A DNA stretch of 64,000 nucleotides. It comes from Eledone cirrhosa. Its lineage: Eukaryota. Positions 10,316-23,275 of this stretch are shown here, piece after piece (position 1 is the first letter of the stretch; each line of letters begins with the position of its first letter). The notes below the pieces were generated by a model. That model was not told where the DNA came from. It worked only from the letters and a program-made list of their open reading frames with translations, and did not search any database. The stretch covers positions 124,868,001 to 124,932,000 of the forward strand of contig OZ024744.1 in assembly GCA_964016885.1 (NCBI GenBank), in the 5' to 3' direction. Made by a program: the position numbers and the translations under genes.

Positions 10316-13300
10316 CATTCGCCGCCGGACTTCAGCTTCCTCATTTAGCATGGGCAGTCTTTCTTGAAAATCACACCACACACAGCAAATGTGTGTCCGC
10401 ACATGTACCAGTAATTACAGATCGATTCCGGTGAAAATTCACTGAAAACGGGCCATCCGGCCCTGTGCGTCGATCGTGGGCCGGCCGGATGTTGACGGAT
10501 CGATGTGTAATTAGAAGTACATGTGCGGACACTCATTGGCTGTGCGTGGTATGCATTTCAGCAAGATATCTCCGTAACATCAAGAGTTATGGCTGTGGAG
10601 GCACACCTAGTCAAACGTAAACAAGGTCTGGAGCGTTTACGCTTCGCGATTTTGTTTACGTTTGACTAGGTGTGCCTCCACAGCCACAACTCTTGATGTT
10701 ACGGAGATATCTTGCTGAAATGCATACCGCGCACAGCCAATGAGTGTCCGCACATGTACTTCTAATTACACATCGATCCGTCAACATCCGGCCGGCCCAC
10801 GATCGACGCACAGGGCCGGATGGCCCGTTTTCAGTGAATTCTCACCGGAATCGATCTGTAATTACTGGTACATGTGCGGAGACACATTTGCTGTGTGTGG
10901 TGTGATTTTCAAGAAAAACTGCCCATGCTAAATGAGGAAGCTGAAGTCCGCCGGCGAATGGTGTGCTTCGAAGAAAACTAATTCGAAAATGACCGTTTGC
11001 AGGCGGAGTAACCTTTTCGATCGTGGGCCAGCCGCCCGTGGTGGGATCCATCTGTAATTACTGGTACATGTGCGGACATACATTTGCTGTGTGTGGTGTG
11101 ATTTTCAAGAAGAACTGCCCATGCTAAATGAGGAAGCTGAAGTCCGCCGGCGAATGGTGTGCTTCGAAGAAAACTAATTCGAAAATGACCGTTTGCAGGC
11201 GGGGTAACCTTTTCGATCGTGGGCCAGCCGCCCGTGGTGGGATCCATCTGTAATTACTGGTACATGTGCGGACACACATTTGCTGTGTGTGGTGTGATTT
11301 TCGAGAAAGACTGCCCATGCTAAATGAGGAAGCTGAAGTCCGCCGGCGAATGGTGTGCTTCGAAGAAAACTAATTCGAAAATGACTATTTGCCGGCGGAA
11401 TCACCTTTTCGGTCCTGGTCCGGCCGGATCTTGCCGGATCGATCGGAAATTTGTGGACCATGTTCGGAAGGCCATTGTGCATGTGTGGTGAAAAAAATTT
11501 GTGTCGAAATCTTCTCGGAAAATAACGGATCGCCGGCGGAGATTGCCATTTCGATCGTGGGCCGGCCGGATCTTGTCGGATCGATTCGGACATATGTGCA
11601 TCGTGTTCGCAAGGCCCTTGTCTATGTGTGGTGTGATTTTCATAAAGAAATTCCGAAAAACCCAGTTTTAAATCTGATTTCGCCAAAGAATTTTGGCTAT
11701 CAGATCGGGTTGAAAGGTATGGTTTCAGGTCGATCTGAAAGTCTAAAATGGAATTCATTCGGTTAGCTAACTATTGATATATCGGAGATATCTTTCTGAA
11801 AATCACACCACACACTCCCAATGAGTGTCTGCACATGTACCAGTAATTACAGATGGATCCCACCACGGGCGGCCGGCCCACGATCGAAAAGGTTACTCCG
11901 AAGCACACCATTCGCCGGCGGAATTCATTTAGCATGGGCAGTTTTTCTCGAAAATCACACCACACACAGCCAATGAGTGTCCGCACATGTACCAGTAATT
12001 ACAGATGGATCCCACCACGGGCGGCTGGCCCACGATCGAAAAGGTTACTCCGCCTGCAAACGGTCATTTTCGAATTCGTTTTCTTCGAAGCACACGATTC
12101 GCCGGCGGACTTCAGCTGCCTCATTTAGCATGGGCAGTTTTTCTCGAAAATCACACCACACACAGCAAATGTGTGTCCGCACATGTACCAGTAATTACAG
12201 ATCGATTCCGGTGAAAATTCACTGAAAACGGGCCATCCGGCCCTGTGCGTCGATCGTGGGCCGGCCGGATGTTGACGGATCGATGTGTAATTAGAAGTAC
12301 ATGTGCGGACACTCATTGGCTGTGCGTGGTATGCATTTCAGCAAGATATCTCCGTAACATCAAGAGTTATGGCTGTGGAGGCACACCTAGTCAAACGTAA
12401 ACAAGGTCTGGAGCGTTTACGCTTCGCGATTTTGTTTACGTTTGACTAGGTGTGCCTCCACAGCCACAACTCTTGATGTTACGGAGATATCTTGCTGAAA
12501 TGCATACCGCGCACAGCCAATGAGTGTCCGCACATGTACTTCTAATTACACATCGATCCGTCAACATCCGGCCGGCCCACGATCGACGCACAGGGCCGGA
12601 TGGCCCGTTTTCAGTGAATTCTCACCGGAATCGATCTGTAATTACTGGTACATGTGCGGAGACACATTTGCTGTGTGTGGTGTGATTTTCAAGAAAAACT
12701 GCCCATGCTAAATGAGGAAGCTGAAGTCCGCCGGCGAATGGTGTGCTTCGAAGAAAACTAATTCGAAAATGACCGTTTGCAGGCGGAGTAACCTTTTCGA
12801 TCGTGGGCCAGCCGCCCGTGGTGGGATCCATCTGTAATTACTGGTACATGTGCGGACATACATTTGCTGTGTGTGGTGTGATTTTCAAGAAGAACTGCCC
12901 ATGCTAAATGAGGAAGCTGAAGTCCGCCGGCGAATGGTGTGCTTCGAAGAAAACTAATTCGAAAATGACCGTTTGCAGGCGGGGTAACCTTTTCGATCGT
13001 GGGCCAGCCGCCCGTGGTGGGATCCATCTGTAATTACTGGTACATGTGCGGACACACATTTGCTGTGTGTGGTGTGATTTTCGAGAAAGACTGCCCATGC
13101 TAAATGAGGAAGCTGAAGTCCGCCGGCGAATGGTGTGCTTCGAAGAAAACTAATTCGAAAATGACTATTTGCCGGCGGAATCACCTTTTCGGTCCTGGTC
13201 CGGCCGGATCTTGCCGGATCGATCGGAAATTTGTGGACCATGTTCGGAAGGCCATTGTGCATGTATGGTGAAAAAAATTTGTGTCGAAATCTTCTCGGAA

Positions 13301-15925
13301 AATAACGGATCGCCGGCGGAGATTGCCATTTCGATCGTGGGCCGGCCGGATCTTGTCGGATCGATTCGGACATATGTGCATCGTGTTCGCAAGGCCCTTG
13401 TCTATGTGTGGTGTGATTTTCATAAAGAAATTCCGAAAAACCCAGTTTTAAATCTGATTTCGCCAAAGAATTTTGGCTATCAGATCGGGTTGAAAGGTAT
13501 GGTTTCAGGTCGATCTGAAAGTCTAAAATGGAATTCACTCGGTTAGCTAACTATTGATATTTCGGAGATATCTTTCTGAAAATCACACCACACACTCCCA
13601 ATGAGTGTCTGCACATGTACCAGTAATTACAGATGGATCCCACCACGGGCGGCCGGCCCACGATCGAAAAGGTTACTCCGAAGCACACCATTCGCCGGCG
13701 GAATTCATTTAGCATGGGCAGTTTTTCTCGAAAATCACACCACACACAGCCAATGAGTGTCCGCACATGTACCAGTAATTACAGATGGATCCCACCACGG
13801 GCGGCTGGCCCACGATCGAAAAGGTTACTCCGCCTGCAAACGGTCATTTTCGAATTCGTTTTCTTCGAAGCACACGATTCGCCGGCGGACTTCAGCTGCC
13901 TCATTTAGCATGGGCAGTTTTTCTCGAAAATCACACCACACACAGCAAATGTGTGTCCGCACATGTACCAGTAATTACAGATCGATTCCGGTGAAAATTC
14001 ACTGAAAACGGGCCATTCTGCCCTGTGCGTCGATCGTGGGCCGGCCGGATGTTGACGGATCGATGTGTAATTAGAAGTACATGTGCGGACACTCATTGGC
14101 TGTGCGTGGTATGCATTTCAGCAAGATATCTCCGTAACATCAAGAGTTATGGCTGTGGAGGCACACCTAGTCAAACGTAAACAAGCTCTGGAGCGTATAC
14201 GCTTCGCGATTTTGTTTACGTTTGACTAGGTGTGCCTCCACAGCCACAACTCTTGATGTTACGGAGATATCTTGCTGAAATGCATACCACGCACAGCCAA
14301 TGAGTGTCCGCACATGTACTTCTAATTACACATCGATCCGTCAACATCCGGCCGGCCCACGATCGACGCACAGGGCCGGATGGCCCGTTTTCAGTGAATT
14401 TTCACCGGAATCGATCTGTAATTACTGGTACATGTGCGGACACACATTTGCTGTGTGTGGTGTGATTTTCACGAAAAACTGCCCATGCTAAATGAGGAAG
14501 CTGAAGTCCGCCGGCGAATGGTGTGCTTCGAAGAAAACTAATTCGAAAATGACCGTTTGCAGGCGGAGTAACCTTTTCGATCGTGGGCCAGCCGCCCGTG
14601 GTGGGATACATCTGTAATTACTGGTACATGTGCGGACACACATTTGCTGTGTGTGGTGTGATTTTCGAGAAAGACTGCCCATGCTAAATGAGGAAGCTGA
14701 AGTCCGCCGGCGAATGGTGTGCTTCGAAGAAAACTAATTCGAAAATGACTATTTGCCGGCGGAATCACCTTTTCGGTCCTGGTCCGGCCGGATCTTGCCG
14801 GATCGATCGGAAATTTGTGGACCATGTTCGGAAGGCCATTGTGCATGTGTGGTGAAAAAAATTTGTGTCGAAATCTTCTCGGAAAATAACGGATCGCCGG
14901 CGGAGATTGCCATTTCGATCGTGGGCCGGCCGGATCTTGTCGGATCGATTCGGACATATGTGCATCGTGTTCGCAAGGCCCTTGTCTATGTGTGGTGTGA
15001 TTTTCATAAAGAAATTCCGAAAAACCCAGTTTTAAATCTGATTTCGCCAAAGAATTTTGGCTATCAGATCGGGTTGAAAGGTATGGTTTCAGGTCGATCT
15101 GAAAGTCTAAAATGGAATTCACTCGGTTAGCTAACTATTGATATATCGGAGATATCTTTCTGAAAATCACACCACACACTCCCAATGAGTGTCTGCATAT
15201 GTACCAGTAATTACAGATGGATCCCACCACGGGCGGCCGGCCCACGATCGAAAAGGTTACTCCGAAGCACACCATTCGCCGGCGGAATTCATTTAGCATG
15301 GGCAGTTTTTCTCGAAAATCACACCACACACAGCCAATGAGTGTCCGCACATGTACTAGTAATTACAGATGGATCCCACCACGGGCGGCTGGCCCACGAT
15401 CGAAAAGGTTACTCCGCCTGCAAACGGTCATTTTCGAATTAGTTTTCTTCGAAGCACACCATTCGCCGGCGGACTTCAGCTTCCTCATTTAGCATGGGCA
15501 GTTTTTCTTGAAAATCACACCACACACAGCAAATGTGTGTCCGCACATGTACCAGTAATTACAGATCGATTCCGGTGAAAATTCACTGAAAACGGGCCAT
15601 TCGGCCCTGTGCGTCGATCGTGGGCCGGCCGGATGTTGACGGATCGATGTGTAATTAGAAGTACATGTGCGGACACTCATTGGCTGTGCGTGGTATGCAT
15701 TTCACTAAGATATCTCCGTAACATCAAGAGTTATGGCTGTGGAGGCACACCTAGTCAAACGTAAACAAGGTCTGGAGCGTTTACGCTTCGCGATTTTGTT
15801 TACGTTTGACTAGGTGTGCCTCCACAGCGACAACTCTTGATGTTACGGAGATATCTTGCTGAAATTCATACCACGCACAGCCAATGAGTGTCCGCACATC
15901 TACCTGTAATTACACATCGATCCGA
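10316..15925. repeat. Palindromic higher-order satellite (periods 1780, 1780, 1584 bp) built from 196-bp subunits in inverted blocks
   Basis: Symmetry centres near 10638, 12418, 14198 and 15782: GGCTGTGGAGGCACACCTAGTCAAACGTAAACAA-spacer-TTGTTTACGTTTGACTAGGTGTGCCTCCACAGC. The same ORF translations appear on both strands. Confidence 0.95.
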
Positions 15926-16004
15926 CGACGGACAGAGTATTCGGTTTATTTTCTTGACATATTTCTTTACATATCGTCCAGGCATGCACTTTTTCCATGA
16001 TTAG

Positions 16005-16066
16005 TTCTGTTGACGGCCCGCTTTCCAAAATACCTTATCCTGTGCAACGCCGGGTACCACTGCTAG
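16005..16066 (+). mobile_element. Helitron-like 3' terminus
   Basis: GC-rich hairpin CCTGTGCAACGCCGGG, then CTAG followed by T; a related copy lies inverted at 19157. Confidence 0.65.
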
Positions 16067-16285
16067 TATATATATGTGTATGTATATATATATATATATA
16101 TTGGTAAACGGAATAGAAAATTGTGACAAATTGTTCACAGTGAAAAATAGTTTAATTAGGAATAAGTGATAATTAGTAATAGTATTGGTTAGTATTAAGT
16201 TTTGGTTTTAAGTTTTACCGGTTGCGCATTTCTAATGCTTTTCAAAAATAATTTTGAGATAGAGCGTCCGTGATGTTTGCTCTGA

Positions 16286-16329
<44 letters not shown>

Positions 16330-16465
16330 AACAGTAGAAAGGAAAAAGATTTTTTCAGTAGAAATTGCTGAAGAGATTCTTTCAGTGTAATTTCAAAACA
16401 TTAATTTATTTATAAAGTGGATATTTCCACATTTAATAATGGCACTGGGTTCAGCATTATATACA

Positions 16466-16810
16466 TTGTCAATTGTGGATTCTACTTTTGGCACAAGGGC
16501 TGCAATTATCCAGTACATTACTGGTACTTTATTATTTATACAAATAATAATTGTTTCTACTTTTGGCACAAGGGCAGCAATTACCCAGTACATTACTGGT
16601 ACTTTATTATTTATACAAATAATAATTGTTTCTACTTTAGGCACAAGGTCAGCAATTACCCAGTACATTACTGGTACTTTATTATTTATACAAATAATAA
16701 TTGTTTCTACTTTAGGCACAAGGTCAGCAATTACCCCAGTACTTTATTTTATCGACCCCGTAAGGATGAAAGAAAAGTTAACCTCAACGGGATTTGAACT
16801 CAGTCTGTAA
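16466..16810 (-). repeat. 75-bp tandem repeat (about 3.7 units) derived from a SINE 3' region, followed by the SINE core
   Basis: CAAATAATAATTG at 16541, 16616 and 16691, then TTTATCGACCCCGTAAGGATGAAAG..GATTTGAACTCAG. Confidence 0.8.
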
Positions 16811-16894
16811 AGGGAGGTAACTGCTGGATTAATTTGGTTAATTAAGTTAACAGAAATTATGAACCGGTTTCTACAGAGCCTTCTGGACATTTAA

Positions 16895-17115
16895 TCCTTT
16901 AGCATTTAAACCAGCCATACCTAGCCAGAATACTCTCACATCTTTCTGTTCAAACCAGCCATAACTGGCCACTCATACTGACGTTAAGGTATTGTTCTCA
17001 ATATAAATAATATCAAAATCTCATAGATTCGATATTATATGAGATAATTATGTAAGATAAAGCCTTTACCACAAAAATACAATAGTATATATAGAGTAAT
17101 AAAAATGCTAAAGGG
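16895..17115. mobile_element. piggyBac-like MITE
   Basis: TTAA|(T/C)CCTTTAGCATTT ... AAATGCTAAAGGG|TAAA: terminal inverted repeats with a TTAA-like target site. Confidence 0.75.
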
Positions 17116-17479
17116 TAAAAGTAGCTTATTATTTTGTGAGCTCTTGCTACTTATTGCTCTTGTGCATCAAGAACATACACAGCTTACATTTTGTTGCTAA
17201 TCTCACTGAGATCCAACTACATCTCTTGTTTATCCATAGTTTGGAATTTCTACCTACTCCTTTCCTTTAGAATGATCAAGGCCATTTTCTTGTGGGGATC
17301 TAGGCCCTGTTTTCCTTTCTATTTTGCCAAGTTATCTTACATCACTTTCATTCTAGACCATGCTTCCAGGTTTGGAATTTCTCCTCTAATTTTACCACAG
17401 ATTAAGTGACAAGGGTTCAATCATGTGCATACAGGAGTTCCCATGGACAGCCAGTAATATGTAATAGCCTGCAGGATGA

Positions 17480-19010
17480 TAATAAACAGAAGAGGGTTAA
17501 TTACAGAGCCCTGATAGAGGGTTAATAACAGAGCCCTGATAGACTTGTTCACTCAACTCCTCACTATAGCCATCATTACTTTTAACCTTACTGACTGCTC
17601 CTCCATACATGGCTTTTACTGCTCTCACAAGCCACTCATATACCCCTAGTTTTCTAAGTTATACACCAGATTAGGGAAGGGGGAAGTCTCACAGAAGCTC
17701 TCTCTGGGTCAACAAATGCCAAGTAGAGGGGCTTATTTTAGCTAGGTACTACTCTTGCAGTTGCCACACAAGGAAGAGGACATCAGTGGTACTTTTACCT
17801 GGCACAAATCCAAACTTCATCTCATCTAGGTTAACTTGGTCCCTAATCAGCTGTGTTATAAATCTAACACCTTCATGAAGTGGTCCATCTAATATCTCTA
17901 TAGTTTTCTAGCTCTAGTACATCTCCTTTGCCCTTGTAGCAGTTGATGATGATGATACTACACCATTTATTTGGTATGACACCATTTTGTATTACATGCT
18001 GTACGATACCAGTGGTTAAGATGTGACCCACCATCCCAGATACTTTCAGTATCTCAGCAACTATCACCAATGGACAAGATACTTTCTCTGTCTTCATATC
18101 CTTAATTACCTTACTTCATATCCTTAATTACCTTACTGCTTACTTGTATGGCTGGACCCTCTGTTGGGCCCACTTTCCGTAGACTATCTTCCTCCCATGC
18201 ATTCTCCTCATTCAGTAATCTTTCATAAAGGCATTTCCATGTTACAAAGGTTGGCTGAAAAGTTCATAGACTATCAATGATAGCATGATGCTAGAGCTGT
18301 GAAATCTTGCCTGCATTAATTTCAACTCTTCTTATTAATAACTGCATTGTTTCCTTCCAGGGACTATGTTGAAAAATAAACCTCATTTGGTCATTCCATG
18401 AGTGTATCTTGGTCTGCCTATGAACTTTTCAGCTGACCCTATTCAGCATCAGTGAGCCCAAATGCCCCATTATCATCCTGGACACACTTTACCCCAACAT
18501 CACAATTTGCCCTCACACACTGCCTCACAATCCTGAACATCTCATGTATTTCATCCTCACATCATAAAACCAACTGAAATTATATATTCTCTGCTTCCCT
18601 CCTTGCAAAGAATACTTCTTGCCTAGCTTCCTGTAGTGTACCCTCCAGCTGCCTCCATTCTGCCATTATTCCATGCCTGTCTCTTGGCCTTAACTGTCTC
18701 ATCTACCCTAGTGTTTCACCACCAAGATACTCTCCTCTCTGAAGCCCTGCTCCAGCCACAGATCTAGTTTGACACCTTCAGCAAAGGTTCTTTAAGGAAC
18801 TCCCACTGTTCCCCTATATTGTATGTTTCTATTTGTTCTTCCTTACTGTTGTAAAGATCAAACAAAATATCTCTAAATTTGGAACTGGCTGAGGGGTCCT
18901 TTAACTTCCATATCCTTCTCCTCCAAGTTGCCCTCAGTCTTCAAGTTCATCTAAGTCTATGAAATCACTAACTACTGGGTTATGTTGGGAGGTGCATTCT
19001 TCCCCAGGGG
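17480..19010 (-). mobile_element. Degenerate RTE-clade LINE (linker plus RT N-terminal part)
   Basis: GVIPNKWCSIIIINCYKGKGDVLELENYRDI, then FGFVPGKSTTD and QGSVI on the minus strand; many stops. Confidence 0.85.
18245..18441. mobile_element. Tc1/mariner-type MITE nested in the RTE
   Basis: TIRs AGGTTGGCTGAAAAGTTCATAG ... CTATGAACTTTTCAGCTGACCCT, flanked by TA. Confidence 0.7.
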
Positions 19011-19156
19011 GTGGGGATTGTGTGTTTACAAATGTCAATATCTCATCTTCTGGTGAGGATAAAAATCTGACTGGCATGCTCCTCTGACCAATAGGTGTTG
19101 AAGTGGTTGTCGGGTAAACGTTAAGACCCTCTGATATACATATATATATATATATA

Positions 19157-19215
19157 CTAGCAGTGGTACCCGGCGTTGCACGGGATAACGTATTTCGGAA
19201 CGCGGGCCGCCATCT
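19157..19215 (-). mobile_element. Helitron-like 3' terminus
   Basis: Minus strand reads TTATCCCGTGCAACGCCGGGTACCACTGCTAG|T next to (TA)n. Confidence 0.65.
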
Positions 19216-19479
19216 TCCACTTCAGCCGGTCGCCCTAAAGTGTTGGCTATTCAGTCTACTTGAGGCCAGTTGGTGAGGGGGGGTAAAGCTTTCAGTGTGC
19301 TACTACCCTCACGGTCAAATAGAAAGGGAGAGGAAGAAAAGTCAGCGTTAATATCGTGCTACACGTTTGAAAGGTTGGATGACCTTAGAGTTCACCAGGG
19401 TGGGGGGTTCTAAAAGTATCTATCTTGGTATTTTATCTTAGAAGTAATCATTACAGAGTGTACTGGGTGTATTTTAGTG

Positions 19480-20330
19480 GGCAGTAATTCCATAAAGAAC
19501 ACAGTATAATCTGTGGACACAAGCCTTGCAGTGTGATTACAGGCAGGTTAATGGGAAAGATAGATTATATATGTGACATGATGTACATGAGAAGTGAGGA
19601 CACAGACCACACATGAAATAGATTCCTACAACTGTCAGGGAGGCTCCCTAGAATTACAGATGACATATTTCAATATCTCGGTGATCAAGTTAGCAGTGGA
19701 GGAAGAATCTCTAAAAGTGTAATACCCAGGATAAGGACAGGCTGGAAGAAGTTTAGAGTACTGTTCCATCTGTTGACAACAAAGGGCTTCTCTCTCAGAA
19801 TGGAGGCTAGACTGCTTGATACTTATGTGTGGTCTGCAATCTACACCCCAGCCATGCCCCTTCCACTACCACTCCTTAGCTATTTCTCTCCATTAATACT
19901 CCTCACATTTCAAGCAGTTTTCTCATCTCAATGAAAGAAAAATATTGGGCTCAAGAGAAGTCTTCAGTTATGCCATGGTGTGGCAACCTCCCTAGGGTTG
20001 GGCAGAGTGTAAATGAGAGTGAAATTAGGTATGAGAGGGATCATATGCAGTATACAAGAGAGTAGATTACATTGGTATGGTCATGTGATGGGTATAAAGG
20101 ATGACAGCTGTATAAAAATGTGCTGGGCAATCAAAGTTGATGGAAGTTATGAAGGCGGAAGACCCAGGATGACCTGGGATGAGGTGATAAAAGATGACTT
20201 TGCACAATTGCAACTCTCAAAGACAATGACACAGGATAGAGATCTTGAGATGTATGCAGCAATACAGAAGGCCTGCTTTCCAATGTGCACGGACTCAAAC
20301 ATACATCTAGTAGGCCCCTCCTAACCACTA
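19480..20330 (+). mobile_element. Degenerate RTE-clade LINE, C-terminal part
   Basis: FQYLGDQVSSGG..RIRTGWKKFRVL; RLHWYGHVM..GRPRMTWDEVIKDD. Confidence 0.85.
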
Positions 20331-20375
20331 TACTCCTTTCCAAACTCCCACACTCCCACTTCTGTACACACCACC

Positions 20376-20945
20376 TTTAGACTGTAAAGTGGTAGTGTAC
20401 AAGTCACAACAAAAGCACCCAGTCCACTCTGTAAAGTTGATGTGTTGGTGTCATAACAAAAGGCACTCAGTCCACTCTGTAAAGAGGTTGTGTAAGTGTC
20501 ACAACAAAGACATCTAGTCCACACTGTAAAGTGGTCATGTAGGTGTCACAACAAAAAGTACCAGTCATTATTGTAAAGTGGTTGTATAGGTGTCATAACA
20601 AAAAGCACCCAGTCGACACTGTAAAGTGGTTGTGTAGGTGTCAGAACCAAAAGCACCCAGTCCACCCTGTAAAGTGGTTGTGTAGGTGTCATGATAAAAA
20701 GCACCCAGTCCACACAGTAAAGTGGTCATGTAGGTGTCACTAAAAAAGCACCCAGTCTACTCTGTAAAGTGGTCATGTAGGTGTCATGACAAATAGCACC
20801 CAGTCCACCCTGTAAAGTGTTCATGTAGGTGTCATGATGGAGAGTAACCAGTCCACAATGTAAAGTAGCCATGTAGCTGTCACAACAAAGCACCCAGTCC
20901 ACACTGTAAAGTGGTCATGTAGGTGTCATTTCAAAAAGCACCCAG
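20376..20945 (+). repeat. 48-bp minisatellite (AAAAGCACCCAGTCCACACTGTAAAGTGG...)
   Basis: About 12 units; copy B is 144 bp (3 units) longer. Confidence 0.9.
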
Positions 20946-20949
20946 GTCC

Positions 20950-21170
20950 ATGGCTTGGCCTGCTAACCGACGCTATACCCAAGTCGGTCGCCATGCTTTC
21001 CAGCATAGAGTTACGTCTCTTTATGGTCTGAGTTCAAATCACGCCGAGGTTAACTTTGCCTTTCATCCTTACGGGGTCGATAAAATAAAGCACCAGTAAT
21101 GTACTGGGGTCGATTTAATCGACTTTCCCCTCCTCTGCCAAATGACACACACATGCATGGTTCGGGGGAA
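20950..21170 (+). mobile_element. SINE (cephalopod-type)
   Basis: B-box-like GAGTTCAAATC, then core TTTGCCTTTCATCCTTACGGGGTCGATAAAATAAAGCACCAGT; several dispersed copies in the window. Confidence 0.8.
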
Positions 21171-21175
21171 CCTAC

Positions 21176-21239
<64 letters not shown>

Positions 21240-22118
21240 GTAGGTCACTGGTTGAGTCGGTATTAACCACAGTAACTAAGGTACTCAATACATATTAGAT
21301 ATAGGTGTCTTTCTAATTGCTGGCCTTGTTCATAAGGTATACACAAGTATGATGTGTGTCTGTTTAACTGTACGTGTGAAAACATCGCGAAATTGCGCCT
21401 TTTAATATTTGAATATAAACAGTTAAAAAATAATTATTTTAGTAATTTTTAAATATCGATAATGTGTATATAAATATTAGAAATCAATTTAATTAGTTCA
21501 GTAACATTACTCGGAGTTAAGATAAACCTTCATTTGAAGAAATTCGAGATTTGACCAAATAAATAGATTATGTGATCAATAAAAAAAATATGTATACGCG
21601 CTTGGACGACGGGTTGCAGACAGTCAGGCATACAGACACATATTTTAAAGCGTGCGACGTTAAAAGTCTTACTCTCTCTCTTTTTAGATAGATAGACTTA
21701 ATTAAAGCAGTTTCACTCTCTCTATATTTCATCAGCTCCCTCTCTCTTAAATTGAAAGATTCATTAAGGCTGAAATAATCTAAACAGTAACATCATGTTT
21801 CGCCAGCTCTAGCTTGCGTCCAGAGATATACACACACATATATATATATTTTTTTTGTTATCGAGTTGAGCTTTGCCAAGCATAGAATTCCAAATTTGAC
21901 CATCTCCACTGAAAATGTTCGTGAAATAGTCTTTAAGAAGCAATTTAATTTTTTCCAACTGAAACTGTAAGTATTTTAAAATTTATTTCAACATGGTCTT
22001 AAAAGATTGTTGGCTTTTTTTAAATTCATAACTATTTACTATGAAATATAAATTATTAAATCCAATTTATTTGATAACCATGATTTGATTTTATAATTAC
22101 CTGAATCACGTTAACATG

Positions 22119-22161
<43 letters not shown>

Positions 22162-22419
22162 GTGTGTGTATATATATATATATATAATAATTGTTTCTAC
22201 GTTACGCAGTGTATTACTGGTACTGTATTTTACGATATTAAATATTAAATATTAACTATTAGATATTAAATATTAAATATTAGATATTAGATATTAAATA
22301 TTAAATATTAAATATGATATCCCTGAAATATATATAATGAAATAAATATGGTTTTATAAATGTAATTTCCATTTGTTTAATATCAAATATATATATATAT
22401 ATATATGTATTTATGTATA

Positions 22420-22462
<43 letters not shown>

Positions 22463-22690
22463 GAGGCAGACACAGACACAGAATATCGTATATATCACAC
22501 ACACACAATTAAGACTTGACGTGTTGCAGACAGCCAGACATACAGAGAGATATTTTAAAGCGTGCGACCTTAAATGCCTTACTCTTTCTCTTATCAAAAG
22601 AGAAAGAGTAATGCTAACACTTACGTCTACTTCACGCTCTCTTGAACCGTTACAGAAATTGCATCACATCTAATTATAACTTTGTACGTT

Positions 22691-22692
<2 letters not shown>

Positions 22693-22779
<87 letters not shown>

Positions 22780-22812
22780 GTGTGTGTGTGTATATATATA
22801 CACACACACGTG

Positions 22813-22874
<62 letters not shown>

Positions 22875-22925
22875 AATACACACACACGTGTGTGTGTATA
22901 TATATATATATATACACACACACAC

Positions 22926-23008
<83 letters not shown>

Positions 23009-23098
23009 CACACACACGTGTGTGTGTATATATATATATACACACACACACGTGTGTGTGTATATATTTATATATATATATATACACACGTGTGTGTG

Positions 23099-23143
<45 letters not shown>

Positions 23144-23147
23144 GTGA

Positions 23148-23178
<31 letters not shown>

Positions 23179-23275
23179 CACGTGTGTGTGTGTATATATA
23201 TATATATACACACACACGTGTGTATATATATATATATACATATATATATATACACACACACGTGTGTGTGTATAT
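22693..23275. repeat. Compound (TA)n/CACACGTGTG microsatellite
   Basis: Read directly from the sequence. Confidence 0.95.

Noticed and set aside
10345-15680. ORFs in the palindromic satellite as genes or a transposase
   Set aside because: Mirror-image ORFs on both strands with no recognisable domain; a by-product of the repeat.
21171-21245. CCTACG-(TA)n-CGTAGG palindrome
   Set aside because: Six-bp arms around a self-complementary microsatellite; too little to support a function.
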